Shown one piece after another: positions 23,906 to 37,069 of a stretch of DNA of 64,000 nt. The DNA is from Podarcis melisellensis. Lineage: Eukaryota. Under the pieces are notes generated by a model. The model was not told where the DNA came from. It saw nothing but the letters and a program-made list of their open reading frames with translations, and ran no database searches. The DNA lies in the NCBI GenBank assembly GCA_964234715.1, contig OZ174280.1; one strand, written 5' to 3'. How positions within the stretch are numbered: position 1 is the first letter of the stretch; the number at the start of each line of letters is the position of its first letter. The position numbers and the translations under genes were made by a program.

Positions 23906-26036
23906 GTGAGTGCTTCAGGGACCTGAAAATGAAGATGCTTAAAAAATAAATAAATGGAAAGGTTTACAATGACTTATGTATCTAACAAACTTCGTAGGCG
24001 GCATTTTTACATGTCTGCACCTTACGGAAGCTATGAAATCAGGAGGAGAGTTTCTGGAGGTATTGTACTAAAAACTTTCCATCCACAGTACAAGAGGCTT
24101 ATTTGGAAAATGAGGGCCAGTGTAGCATGATGTGCAAAGATGGTGATGCAGTAGGCTATAAGTAGGTTTGCTTGTCCTAGTACACCATAGCAAAAGTTAA
24201 TGGCTTACTGTGCTTTGCCCCAGTGTAAACAAGAGCAGCAAACTGCAATCCCTGGCCTACCCTTACATCCAAACCAGGAGTATGGTTTGTTTTGCTCCAG
24301 ACAAACCACAGTGTGAAACAAGTATTTGTTCTTGGCTTACCAATCTTTTTACTTGAGTGAAACAAACCACAATCTACAGTCTGTACAAAATGCTAAACTA
24401 GGGATTATGGTTTGTCGCTAGGGAAAGAGTGAAGCAGAAATGAGACTCCACATTTATGGTAAATTATTAGCCATTGCCCACAATGACATGTGAACCAGGC
24501 CATTGTCAAGAATGGTTTCTCTTGTTTCAATTGCTGCATATTCCCAAAGGCCTAACAAAATTCTGACGGCTGCTTTTGTTGTAGAAAAGTTACATGAGGA
24601 GGAAGCTTCTGCTTTTGAATTGAGGCCCCCTCACCACCATTAGCTTTCTTTGCTCTCGAGTTCCAGATTCATGTTTGTAAGAGTAAATGCATGTCTGGTA
24701 AGCCATGGGGAAGAACATTGGCTTGTGGCATACAGGGGACTTCAAGTAGCCACTTCTGCTTGCTTCTTCACCAAAAATTTATCTGTGTGACATTTTATTT
24801 TATTATTTATTAAATTTATACACCACCCTTCATCCGAGCCAAGATAGTGCTAGGTGCTTAGATAAAAACAGAAGACAGAGCTGGATCTTGACCAGTGTCT
24901 GTGGTCAAGCTGGTGAGGTTAAAGCAGGCTGAAATTCAGGCCAGAAAAGATAGGGGTTATTTACATGCTTGGAGAAGGTGATTAATTCCTGTAATAGGTG
25001 GGGTGGCATTTTTTCTTCCAATCAAGTTGATTGCATAGGGCTGCTGGGTAGACTGGTGTCAGCAGTGGCCAGGAGCTAGATTTGTCAGCTCCATTTGCTA
25101 CGTATGTGATTCTTTTTTTTTTTTGAAGAAGAAAGAACTTGTGATGCTGTTCCGCACTTCTGTGGATTGACTTCTGTGATATACGTTAACATGGTGGCTG
25201 TCCTTGGAAATCTTAGTTTTATTTTATTTATTTGTGATTAAAGCTTAACCTCATTTGGAGTATTTGAGAAACCTAGCCATCATGCCTTATGAGGAAAATA
25301 GAAAACAAAACATGACAGTTCCACAAGGAGTAGAGCTGTAAGCATTTTATTTGGATCAAATTCCTTCTGCTGAGTACTTTTAGATGCTCTTAAAGTAAAT
25401 TCTCTTTGCTGTATCACATGACAAATATCATAAAAGCCTCGATATATTAAGAAACCACCATTCAGATGAGGAAGTAGATGGTTCCTTCTACAATGTACAA
25501 CAAAGGGATTCCAACTTGTAACAAAATTATTCTGTCATTGACTCTCCCACCTTTTTAGTTCTTAGGTAGTGTGTCAGTTTCACCGTAACAGCCAGTTCCC
25601 AGTTTTCCCACCTATTCATTTATTGTTGGTAGGATCTGTAAACACCATTTTCCAGCATATAGTAGCCTCAGTGCTGTAACCGTAAACAAGATTAAGTCCC
25701 TAGATCCCCACCTCCTTGGATTTTTTACATGTTTTAATGCTGCCCCCATCCCTGACATATGCATGTTGCGAGCAGGACCAGCATAACAGGGTTGCTCTAT
25801 CCCACCCCCAGGCCCTACCACCAGCTAGCTGAGCCACAATTGCTACTATCTCGGCTGCTGCAGCAACAGTGGTGCTGGACCCCATTGGACCCTAGCATTT
25901 GCCCCACAGTACTCAGTCCTGACTTTAGACCTACAGAAACAATATGCTGTACATAATTGGCACTTGAATTACACACGTGTCATATATTATGGGCAAATAA
26001 CAGCTGGTTTTCCAAAGCATGGAGATGTGCAGCAGC

Positions 26037-26153
26037 GATCTTGCTGAAATTAAGCAGGTCTTGAGTGTGGTCTGTTCCTGGATGAGAAACGGCCTGGGAA
26101 CCCTGTGTTTGCTGCTTTGAACTCCCTGGAGAAAAGGCAGGATGTAAATAAAT
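26037..26153 (+). mobile_element. 5S rRNA-derived SINE-like element
   Basis: gatcttgctgaaattaagcaggtc...tggatgagaaacggcctgggaa aligns to 5S rRNA GATCTCGGAAGCTAAGCAGGG...TGGATGGGAGACCGCCTGGGAA. Followed by a tail resembling that of the SINE at 17990. Confidence 0.65.
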
Positions 26154-27134
26154 CCATAAATATAATTGTGTATTACTATTTCTTCTCTTTTCCTAAGCTC
26201 TTCTGTTCCCACTTATATATAGTGCTATTTATTATCTGGGATTCTTGCGGAAATTTTTTTGGGTAGTCCATCATCGATCTTCATGCTACCCTGAAGGGCA
26301 AAGGAAGGAATAGTTCACCAAACTTGCATAATTTTGTGCGACTATTCAAAGGAGCTAAATATGCATTTGCAATTCAAATCCCTTTTTTCTTTATTTTGGG
26401 ACCGTGCTACTTGGCAGTATCCAGCTTTGAATTGAATTTACTGGACATGATTCCTCAAATTACCATAAAAACTAATCATGCCCATCTTTAAGTGTTTGAA
26501 AACATTCATGCATTTTTCTTTTATCCAGCTACATTGGGCATAAACATTGCTGCTTTCATCTTTAGAATTATAATGCTTTCTTTTACCCTGAACCTACTGA
26601 TATGCATAATCACCAAATATCTGTTTAAAGATGCCTGTGATTAAACAATATACAAATTGCTGGAATAAAAAGCAAGCAAACCACAAAAGTATATTGGAGC
26701 AGCATAGCTGATCCACTTTATGCTTCCTGACAGTTGCAATTTTATTTTTTTTATTCCTTCTACCCCACCCAAAATAAAAAATATTGACACATAGGTTACA
26801 TCAATACTGCTGATAATATGATGAGTTAAATTCCTTTAGGAAAAATGCTATAGCATTTAGTCTGTTAATTGGTTTGATTAATTTATTTTAATCAATTAAA
26901 AAGGTCTCCCTATTAATCAGGCAATATATTGTTTTAATTAAGTAGAGTATTTCCAAGACAAAGTGTTGTTCTGTGCTTTGCCACACAGGAAGGCTCTTGC
27001 CTTTCCTAAAACGAGATCTGCAGGCAACATCTAAACACAAAGAAAGGTGCTCCCTTTCAGAACAATTGTTGGTTCATATACTGTACAGTTGTGTACTAAT
27101 GTAACTGATTAATGAAATTCATATTATGGTGTTA

Positions 27135-27305
27135 GCCAACTCAGAGTTCTCTCCACCATCCAGTGGTCTCCTTCTTCCTCAAAAGACTCTGCCCTTCTCT
27201 CTGCCTTGTAAGCCTGGACTTGCCTCCAGGAACACATGTGTGATGCCACCTTTCTGACTTCTGTCAAATCCCTCCTCAAAGACCAAGTGTTCGTGAAACC
27301 TTGAA
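27135..27305 (+). mobile_element. Old L2 3' fragment
   Basis: gcctggacttgcctccagg...caaatccctcctcaaagaccaagtgttcgtgaa resembles the L2 C-terminus (..AW..LP..KSLLKT..F.E). Confidence 0.45.
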
Positions 27306-27748
27306 ACAATTCCCTAGTGGCCATGCATAACATGGCTATAACGTAAGCCCAAACATGTGAAACTGAAACAACTGTGTATAACTTCCATGCATATATTACT
27401 TTACAATGGATTCTAGGTGGATTGTACTTCATTCCATAAAACCCCATACAACTGTCTGCTGGTGTTTCGCAGCATAGGTTCTCATGGGACCACAATGCTA
27501 TCCTCACAATATTATTGCTGTAGGGATTCTGAACACTCACCTAGAGTGTCTCTTGCAATGGCTAATAGAAACTGCTCTGCTCGCTCCGAAAGAGGTAATT
27601 TAGACTGCAATACTGTGCATAACTTCTTGGAAGTAAATCCCATTGCATGCAATAGATTGGGCCACAAATCATTTTTCTATCTCCATATATAGGTACCAGA
27701 GAGTTCCTTATTGCTAACTGTATGCGTGCTTTTTCTTGTTATTAACAG

Positions 27749-27898
27749 GTCTGATAATGACTGTAAGCAAACCTTGCTATTTTGGAAACCTACTACTAGG
27801 AATTGTTGGCGTAGATGTTAATCTTGCCTATATTTTGGAAGATGTCACTTATTACCAAGATTCTTTGGCTTCCTACACATTCCTAATAGATAATAAAG
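27749..27898 (+). CDS. CACHD1: CACHD1 exon 10 (cache domain)
   Basis: aacag|GT acceptor, G|gtaac donor, 150 nt. LIMTVSKPCYFGNLLLGIVGVDVNLAYILEDVTYYQDSLASYTFLIDNK. Confidence 0.97.
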
Positions 27899-28161
27899 GT
27901 AACTTCAAGACAATCAAAATATGTTTTAGAGGTCAATAGTCAAATCTGTATTGTTTACTTTCTGATTCAGGTTGTCTTTTTGTTTTGGTCAGCTCGTAAA
28001 TAATTACCTATTGGCACTCCGAAATTCTGTTTTTGGGTGTTTTTAAAGGGGAATGCAGTGTAGTGCTACATGTTTACTTTGGACATTTTTATATAGCATG
28101 TAATGTGTCCTGTATATGATGATAAACATGTGTGCCAACTCCTTTTTCTTTTCATTTTTAG

Positions 28162-28285
28162 GCTATACCCTTATGCACCCCTCCCTTACCAGACCCTACT
28201 TGCTTTCTGAACCACCGCTTCACACAGATATAATACATTATGAGAATATTCCAAAATTTGAGTTGGTTCGACAGAACATTCTTAG
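28162..28285 (+). CDS. CACHD1: CACHD1 exon 11
   Basis: tttag|GC acceptor, AG|gtaag donor, 124 nt. YTLMHPSLTRPYLLSEPPLHTDIIHYENIPKFELVRQNIL. Confidence 0.96.
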
Positions 28286-28879
28286 GTAAGACTTTGAATT
28301 AATGCTTCTTACATAGTTGCTGCATGCATGCTTAAGCTTCAGTGAAAATTATGCTGTACTCAATGATTACAGTTCAGCAGCTGTTATTCACTTGTGGTCT
28401 TACTGGTGTTTTTAGTGGGCAGATTCTCCATACGTCCAATAGGAAATGTCATGGTTTTGAATTGTGCTCATAGGTTCTGTTGCCATAGTTTAGTTTAAGG
28501 CTGCAATACATTCTCTTCCTGCAAAAGTACCATTGAAATTAATGGAGGCAGCACACAATTATGTGAGCTTGCTTACAGGTTCCCAACATTTCATTGAGAA
28601 CATTGCTCAGGAGAATATTGGATTGTCCACAGGCCATCATCCCAGAGCCAAATGGTACTTTCTTCCATTTCTTCTGGGGATGTGCCTCACCATTTTGAAT
28701 ACCTAATCACCAGATACTCATTCTGGATTTTATTTCCCATTTTTAAAATCCAGGTATTCTTGGGTAAGTTCACTGGGGTGACAAGGGACAGTCCTGTCCT
28801 CAGTTCAGATGTCTGCAGATTATTGTTATAACTTTTCTATCCTACTAGCTCTTATTTTAACAAAGTTAATTTGTATAAA

Positions 28880-29119
28880 CAGTGGAGCTCAGTTCTTGAA
28901 CATCTCCGTTGACGAACGTTTCAGAACCCAAACGCCAAAAACCTGGAAGTAAATGCTTCCGTTTTTGAACACGCCTTGGAAGTTGAACAGCTTCCGCTGC
29001 ATGTTTTTCAGTTTTCTCAATTGAATTTGCTGACAGCCCTTTGCGCCTCTGTTTTTGAACGTTTCGGAAGTCGAACTGTCTTCTGGAACGGATTACATTC
29101 GAAAACCGAGGTTCCACTG
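28880..29119. mobile_element. Tigger/pogo-like MITE
   Basis: CAGTGGAGCTC...GAGGTTCCACTG-TA termini, repeated gaacg/ggaag motifs. Confidence 0.8.
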
Positions 29120-30473
29120 TATCCTGATCTTGAAATCATGACTCGTAAGTCAATATAAACATCATTCCCATCCCCATTCAGCCATTAATAATTTTTACAG
29201 ACTATCTGTACCCCAATGGATTTAACGAAGTTGTGTGGAGATGCCAAGAGTGGAAACATTGATTCTACTGGTGTGTCCCAATTGTAATGACAACAGATTT
29301 TTCAGCCTACTTCAGTCTCTGTATTATTGCTGTTACATGTTTTCAAGGCTGCAGCTAGCCATTAATCTTTAAACCCTACCTATATTGTCTTTGCTATATA
29401 AACTTTGGTATACTCCACATATTTGACCACTCACAATTCAAATTGCTTTACTAAATAAGTCTTGACTCTAAAATAAATAAGTGTTACCTTTCTTAGGCTT
29501 ATTTATCTTGTACTTATAAAACAGCATGGACAATAAACCTGAGGCTGCAAATATATAAACACAGAAATCAACTCTGTTGGTTTTGCTGTATGTCATCCTG
29601 CACTTTTAGTTCTGTGTTCTGCCACATAGGCTCATAAAGGAACTACATGGTTTAGAACAGACATGGAAACCATCAGTTACTTTGAGAGAAAAATGCTAGG
29701 CTATCAAAACACATCAACTTGCAAAGGACTGGACAGTGTTATACAGTCTTGCAAATAGCTTTTATACATTCATCCGCCCAGTGTTTGGTCTTCTCTTGCA
29801 GCTTCTTAATAACCTTTTCCCACTTCCATTCCCTACTCACAAAGTACCAGGGCACCATCCTTTCTGTCTGTCTGGACCCTTGTAGACTTCTGAACCAAAT
29901 GCCCCTCCTGGCACTTTAAGCTTGAGAGAGGTGGCAACAATAAAACCCCAGCATTCTTTAGCTGGGGAAATTGACAGCACAGTGCTATCCACCACAGCCT
30001 GTCTAGATTGGGAACACCCGGTGTGGAAGAAAATCACCATCTTTCAGGGTTGCCCTGTGCACTGATGCACAAAGACTGTTCCATAGTGCAAAGATTTCTG
30101 AGCAAAGCAAAGATTAATTTAGCAGCTGATAAGAAGTGTTGTCATTTGTACTGTTGAGCATACAAGCAGCTAACTGTACCTCTGCTGCTAAACACAAACC
30201 AATGCCTCTGGTGATTTCATTCCACTGGTGATATTATCACCAAGATCTCTCATCCAGAACCAGTCTATCTGATCAGAGTGGTAATACCACAACCAGCAAT
30301 GTTTTGGGTGGGGAACTGGTAATTATGATGTAGCAAAGCATTCCACTTCCATTTTAATTAAGAAAAAATTCCTTAAAGCCCTTCTTTAAGCAATCTCATT
30401 TTAGAGTAAACAAAAGCATCAATGTTTTTCTCCCTGTTTAATAAGTGATGGATATTGTTTGTTTCCAACTTAG

Positions 30474-30591
30474 CCTCCCTCTAGGCAGTCAGCTTATTAC
30501 TGTCCCGGTGAACTCCTCACTGTCTTGGCATGTCAACAAACTGCGAGAAATTGGGAAGGAAGCCTACAATGTGAGCTATGCTTGGAAGATG
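30474..30591 (+). CDS. CACHD1: CACHD1 exon 12
   Basis: cttag|C acceptor, ATG|gtaag donor, 118 nt. LPLGSQLITVPVNSSLSWHVNKLREIGKEAYNVSYAWKM. Confidence 0.96.
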
Positions 30592-33075
30592 GTAAGTGAC
30601 AGAGCACCCTTTAAAATATGCTAATGTATTGACACGGAAGGAGAATTTTAATTGCAGCAGAACAGGTATTTCTAAGAATTTTGAGTCTGTTGCATGGCCT
30701 TTGGGTTGCATGTTATCCGCATAGAAGCCTAGCTCTCAATGCTGAAGGTTATACCCTCAGTTAATTGTTATACCCTTAGTTATAGTCTTAGTAAATTGTT
30801 AAGCGCTATGTAAATACTACCACCAAAAGTTTAGGAGTGAGGTTTCCTTCCAACTTTCTGAAATTGATGCAGTACACTGTTGTGATGAAATATTTTGTGG
30901 GAGTTGGCATTGTTACATGACAAGTTAAAATTTTGAATATTTAAATTGACCCTCAGCTATGAAAATGCCATGCTCAGGTCTGGTATGATTTGGGAGTAGT
31001 CACATATGTCAGTCCTCCTTGTTGGCATGTATGTTAGTGATGTGGCAAGAAGTATTATGGGAACCAGTGTTCCTTATTCATCACAACTATACTTCAAAGA
31101 AAAGAAATTTCAGGAGTGGGAAGTTTAGACTTTTAAGAATATTGGATCATGTAGAATAGTGGTGCTTTACAAGGGTCCTGATTTGCTCCATGAGGCTGTT
31201 TACCAACTTGTTCCACACTGGGGTCATATATGACGTCATATGTGAAACAGTAAAGACATGGCCACCAAGAGACAATCTGTTGTTCCTCAGCAAGTGAGCT
31301 CACTGAGAGTGAAGTTGTGTGTTTGCAGATGTAGTTTGGATTCAAACCATGCCTGCAAATCAACACTTTACCTTTATGGACAGCTTTGTTGGTCTGTAGA
31401 GGGGGTGGAGAACCCTTTTTTATTTTGAATTGAAATGGTGACTGCAAACAGAAAAAGCGGAATCTACAGACAGCACCAAGTGTTAATAGTAAGGCCCTTT
31501 AAAGTTGTCACCTGACTATCTTCCAGCTTTACTAATCATCTAGTAAAGCAAGGCCTCAGGAAAGAACCTCTGACCTGCAAATCAGCATGCATTTCCCAGC
31601 TGTAAAACCGTATGAAATGAACTTTTCCCCCATGGGTATGTTTGTATCTGCAAATAGCAGCCTCTCTAGCATACATTTGATCAGGTTATATAACAGGGTC
31701 TTGAAATCTGAGTCAGAAAGTTGAGTGCATGAAATGGATGGTTCAGAGTGGCTTCTCTTAGTGTATGCGTACAAGAACAATCTCAAGGCCATGGGTAGTG
31801 TGGAGATAATCATCCCAGGTGAACTCACCTCTAGTGTTTCAGTATAATGCTTCTTTCTGATGGTCCATGTCTGATGGAAGGCTGTCTGCTTCAAACCAAT
31901 GGATTCACTAGGTGATGCAGACTGCAAGCACCACAGCCTTCTGTATGGGGAGGCTGGAGTGTTTCTATAGGAGAAATACATTGCGGATGTTATGCAGCCC
32001 AGCACAATCACATCAACAACCAGGTTTTCTTCAGTGTCCAGCAATATGTGTAGGTACCTCCATCTCAGATCTCAGCCAATCTAAGCAAGCCATGATTTAC
32101 TGTTATTGTGTTCACTGGGGCTTTGTCCCTGGTAAATATGTTTAAGCTTGCAGTCTCCAAAGCTGACTCTGAGAAACTTTTAAGAGGTTATACATATTCA
32201 TCATTTGGCACAGTATTCTTTAATCTTGGGTCACCTAACATTGTTTGACTATCCCTGGCCATTACCTAAGATGGCTAAGTATTATGTATGAATGTCCCTT
32301 GATACTCTTTTTGCAATATTGAGAAATAATATTACCCAAGGACTACCTTGCATTTAGATTCTACTTTTCCTATGATTCAGTAGCATGGTAATCTTTAGAA
32401 AATGCATAAAATTAGAAAAACAATTATCTTATGAATATTATGTAACACAGTTAGCTGCAGCTTTGAAAACATTTCATTTTGAATCAACACGATAGCAAGC
32501 AGTTAAGACAACAGAAGCAATATTTATTTGGTTTTTTTTGTCCTGTGCCTCTTCCAAGTTGCAGCACAGTTTTCCATGTTGCAGCACAGAGTGTCTTTGA
32601 CAACTTGTCAGCCTCCATGGTGAGGACAAGAGAGAGAAAAATTGATTCTGTACACTGTACATACACAGTGTACAGAATTATCTTTTGGGGCAGATCTATA
32701 ACTCCTGACTTCCTGGGGCTACCTTTGTGAACTCAGAGCTGTGTAGTTTTTCCTCAGTAGTTCACATCATTAAACTACTGAATTGTGCCTGTACTACTTC
32801 TTTGTCATAGCCATTCTGGGTTGTTGTTGTTTTAAGAAACAAGGAAATATTTAGATGCTGAGCAACTAACCAAAATAATTTGTTTTGCATGTCTCAATAG
32901 TCGCACATCGAGAAGTACTCTTCTAAAATGTTATTATTAATTGCCTTCCACAAGGCGATGTGCTCTAATGATCTAACTTGTCCGAATTTGATTTAATTTT
33001 AATGATTCTTATTTTATTTTAATACAAATGCTTTCCTTATTAACTTTGACGGTCTTGTGGTTGTTTTTATTTTAG

Positions 33076-33244
33076 GTTCAAGATACATCATTCATTTTGT
33101 GTATTGTTGTGATACAGCCAGAAATACCTGTTAGACAACTTAAAAATCTCAACACCGTACCCAGTAGCAAGCTGCTTTACCATCGACTAGATCTCTTGGG
33201 CCAGCCCAATGCTTGCCTGCATTTCAAACAACTTGCAACCTTAG
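33076..33244 (+). CDS. CACHD1: CACHD1 exon 13
   Basis: tttag|GTT acceptor, G|gtaaa donor, 169 nt. VQDTSFILCIVVIQPEIPVRQLKNLNTVPSSKLLYHRLDLLGQPNACLHFKQLATL. Confidence 0.96.
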
Positions 33245-33663
33245 GTAAAGCGTTTATTTTCTGAAATCCATCCATTCACCAATCCATTGCTATAAGCTGA
33301 AATAGTTATAAATAGCATCTAAGATGTCCATTTCATATGTTAGATAAGGAGAAGCTGAACTCTTGCAACTGTTTTCTTTTTTGTCTTGGAGATTGTATGT
33401 TCAGTGAAAGATTTCAAAATACCCATTTTCGGGTGTATGAAAATCCAAAGGAATTATTGGCTTTGTGTCCCAAGTCCTGGGGACTAATCCCAGCCCACAC
33501 AGATCAGTGCAAAAGCCTCCAAAGGCTGATAGTTAAAACTCCAGGGAACTATGTGGTTCCATAGCACAACTAGAAGAACAAGTGCCCCAGTCTCTGTGCT
33601 CATCTGACCAAGCTCTGGAGCATCCTCCTATTTAGCTGACCTAAAGCTTAGAAGGGAAATCTC

Positions 33664-33771
33664 ATCATGTTTCGCATGCAGAAGGTCTCAGGTTTAGTTC
33701 CTGGCATCTACTCTGCCTGAAACTTTGTGGAGCCACTGGTATGATTCAGTATACAACAGCTTCCTGTCTTT
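33664..33771 (+). mobile_element. Degraded tRNA-derived SINE (Squam2-like)
   Basis: gcatgcagaaggtctcaggtttagttcctggcatct...ctgcctgaaac...ttcagtata...cagcttcct. Confidence 0.55.
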
Positions 33772-34751
33772 CTAATTGTGTTTCACCCTTCCAGCTTTGC
33801 TGTCTGATAACTCATGATACCCTGGTGTTTTCAGTGGGGTTGCCTGTCTCAGCCCAGCAAAGGCTTTGGTACTCTTAAAGGATAATAATAGAGCGAAAGT
33901 CTGCATGTCTGCCCTTGCTGCTACTGCGGCGTGTTGCTTTTTTCAGCTGCTCTCCGCATTCTCCAAATCTAATGGGCCAGTCAGCACTGTGGTTAAATGC
34001 TACAAAGTGACGTGTCTTGAGATTGTCAGCTTCATTAAAAAAACCGAAACCCTTGTGAAATAAATATACCAGAACCAGGTAGCTGCATAATTTACCTTTC
34101 GTCAGAAAGGTTGGGTATGGGTAGTGTTGTTACAGTTTTTCAAAGCTGAGCTTGATTCTCCTCGCTGTCAAATAAATCATTAGCAATAACGTGAAAACAT
34201 TGAAGTTCTTGCCAGTCATGCTGTATCCTGTTGACTTTGGAATTATGCAGATTTTATTCCAAGCTATAAATATTTAATACCATCAATCCCTCTGAAAGAA
34301 GCCAGAAGTTAGAACTCTGGTGAGAATATACTTTGAAATATTTTTAATTGGTGAGTTCAGAGACTATAAAAACTGTGTAAAACTTCTGAATGCAGTGGAG
34401 CATCTTTTTTTTTCTTTTCTGAAAAATACCTTTAAAGTTTTGTGTATTAAAATAAAGCACATTCATTTTAGAAATTTGCTCCAGGTTATATTGCAATAGA
34501 AAAATAGAACTTGGAGAGAGGATAAACAATTATTTTTATGCAAAATACTTTTGACAATTTATTTTGACATTAGTGTTCAGTTCCTTGTGGAAACAGCTTT
34601 TCACTTCCTTATATGTTGTCCCCTAAAAATGAATATCCCCCATAAAACTTCTATCACATTGTGCCCTCTGAGGAATGACCTTCTTCCCCTGCCATCTTTT
34701 GAATACGACTAGACCAAGTGAAAGTAGGCAGTCTTGTAAGCTTCTTGATAT

Positions 34752-34899
34752 CACAGAGTTATAGAATTGTAGAATAGAAGAGTTGGAAGGGATCCCAAGG
34801 GACATTTAGTCCAACCCTCTACAATGCAGGAATCTCAGCTGTAAAGCATCCATGACAGATGGCCGTCCAACCTCTGCCTAAATACCTCCAAGGAAGGAA
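34752..34899 (-). mobile_element. CR1 LINE 3' end
   Basis: tagaattgtagaatagaagagttggaagggatcccaagg...tagtccaaccc is the antisense CR1 tail. Confidence 0.8.
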
Positions 34900-35160
34900 G
34901 AAGTTAAGACACTTGTTTAAAAACTATTAGCAAAAGTAGTTTTATCGTTGTTGTTGCTGTTGCTGCTGCTGCTTATTTAAAGATCTAGGAATAAATTTCA
35001 CTCGGCTGATTGAAAAAATTGTGAGAAAAAGAATCCTGAACAGTTTTAATTCATATTTTCCATCCGGTCATATTAACTCAAGCGTGTTCAATGCAAAACT
35101 AGCATTGTTAAGTGCCTAAGAACCCCTTCACACAAATTTTCTCAGCCTAGGCAAGCTACT

Positions 35161-35480
35161 TATAGCAAAATTTGCTTCTTATAGCAAAATTCAAGCTTAA
35201 ACTGAAGAAAGTAGGAAAAACCACAAGGCCGGTAAGATACAATCTAAATCAAGTCCCTTATGAATATACAGTAGAAGTGAGGAACAGGTTTAAGGATTTA
35301 GAATTAGTGGACCGAGTGCCTGAAGAACTATGGATGGAGATGGTTGGACAGTGTTCTCAAAGCTACCAGCATGAGTTTGACCAAACCGTGGGAGGCAGTG
35401 GAAGACAGGAGTGCCTGGCGTGCTCTGGTCCATGGGTCACAAAGAGTCGGACACGGCTAAACGACTAAACAACAACAACA
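35161..35480 (+). mobile_element. BovB (RTE) LINE, 5'-truncated and internally deleted
   Basis: LLIAKFKLKLKKVGKTTRPVRYNLNQVPYEYTVEVRNRFKDLELVDRVPEELWME fused to C-terminal RWLDSV...AWRALVHG...KSRTRLND*. (CAA)n tail. TSD AGGCAAGCTACT/AGGCAAACTACT. Confidence 0.92.
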
Positions 35481-36136
35481 AGGCAAACTACTGTCTTCAG
35501 GCGGCATGTGAAACCTTGACAGCTGCCTGAGGTGGTCTGAGAAGCCTGCTTTCACTCCAGAATAGATACACCAGGGCAGACATTGCTTATACACCATTGG
35601 GCTGCAATCTGTATTCAGGCTGACTCATGTACACGCAGGAGGCTGGCTACCCACCGCTGTCTTGCTGTGGGTGGAGACTCTGGGAAGTCCATATGGACTG
35701 ACAGATGTGGACACCCCAAACGGAACTAGTTGCCCCAAAACAGCAGACCCAAGTCTTTCTCATCCTTTCCTGTACCCCTTAAGGTCCCAGGCACTAAGCC
35801 CTGCCTCTAGTAGCTGCTAGAAGTCCCGTTTCCCTATGACATCCTTCAAGCACAACAGGTGTTTCTCTCCTACATTGAAAGCTCCTTCCCTTCCTTTACA
35901 ATTGAGGAAAGGGAAGAAGGCAAAGCTTCAGTAGTGTACTGTTGCTGCAACAGTACCCCCTGGTGGCCATGTACATAGCAACACTGATGTTTGAAAAGCA
36001 TCTCTTGGATTATTTTTGCGTTTTCATCTTGGGTTGGGTTGCTCCAGTATGTTACTGCATCACTGAGTTTTCATATGGCTGGGTTTCAGGGATATATTCT
36101 GATGTTGTGTATATTGCATGTATGTTGCCTTTCCAG

Positions 36137-36279
36137 AAAGCCCTACGGTAATGCTGTCTGCTGGTAGCTTCTCTTCTCCTTACGAGCATCTGAGCCAGCC
36201 TGAGACGAAGAGGATGGTGGAACACTACACGGCATATCTTAGCGACAACACACGCCTCATTGCCAACCCTGGTCTGAAA
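36137..36279 (+). CDS. CACHD1: CACHD1 exon 14
   Basis: ttccag|AA acceptor, AAA|gtacg donor, 143 nt. SPTVMLSAGSFSSPYEHLSQPETKRMVEHYTAYLSDNTRLIANPGLK. Confidence 0.96.
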
Positions 36280-36600
36280 GTACGTTGCTTCAAATGTCCT
36301 TCGTTTTTGGCTTTTTACCTTCTTTTGTTACCGTGATAAGTCTGGCTGAAACATTTCTTTGAGTTTCCTTGGCTCCAGATTTTCAAGAAGCATCTGGGTT
36401 TTTGCTTTCTCTGGTGGAGTCTTTGGCTGCATCCCTTGGTTTTCTGCTAGATCAAATAGATGGTTTGGTTGCAATTTTTGCACTTTCCTCAGTGCCAGGA
36501 GTACTTTGTACTTAGCAACACAAGGAGTGAATTAACTTGGCACATGAGGAGTAAGAATGATTCTTTGCCCGGGCTGGAAAGAATAATGTTAACTGAGTTA

Positions 36601-36602
<2 letters not shown>

Positions 36603-36652
<50 letters not shown>
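36603..36652. repeat. (CA)n microsatellite
   Basis: About 25 AC units. Confidence 0.95.
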
Positions 36653-36654
<2 letters not shown>

Positions 36655-37069
36655 CTACTTGGACTCAAAAGTAGATTCCCAAAGATAGTGAGATAATGCT
36701 GTGTAACCATTTTAAGAGTCCTCAAGTAAAATAAACAATATAAAGGTTTGTTGGATCACGTGGGTGTTATCAGATCAGTGTGACAACACCAGGAACAGAG
36801 AACACTCTTTGTATTTGGGAGCATGGAATATAAAGCTGGGGACAGTATTTAGATCTACCCAGAGTAAAAACATAAAATACAAAAATGCTAAGCATTTCCT
36901 TAGTATATTTGTTTTTTTCATTTCTTGAAATTTGCTGTGTCCATCTGGTGTGAGAAGATTTTAAAGAAGTAATTGGGTTTAGATTATCTCCGATGAGTCT
37001 TTAGGAAACCCTGCAAGCAGCTTATTATCTTTTCAGGCAAGTCTTAAAAGAACCCTGCTAGGTCTGCCT

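Noticed and set aside
26037-26105. Functional 5S rRNA gene
   Set aside because: Partial and diverged, lacks the 5' end and T-run terminator, and continues into a retroposon-type tail.
35172-35468. 98-aa ORF as a host gene
   Set aside because: It is a BovB LINE remnant.
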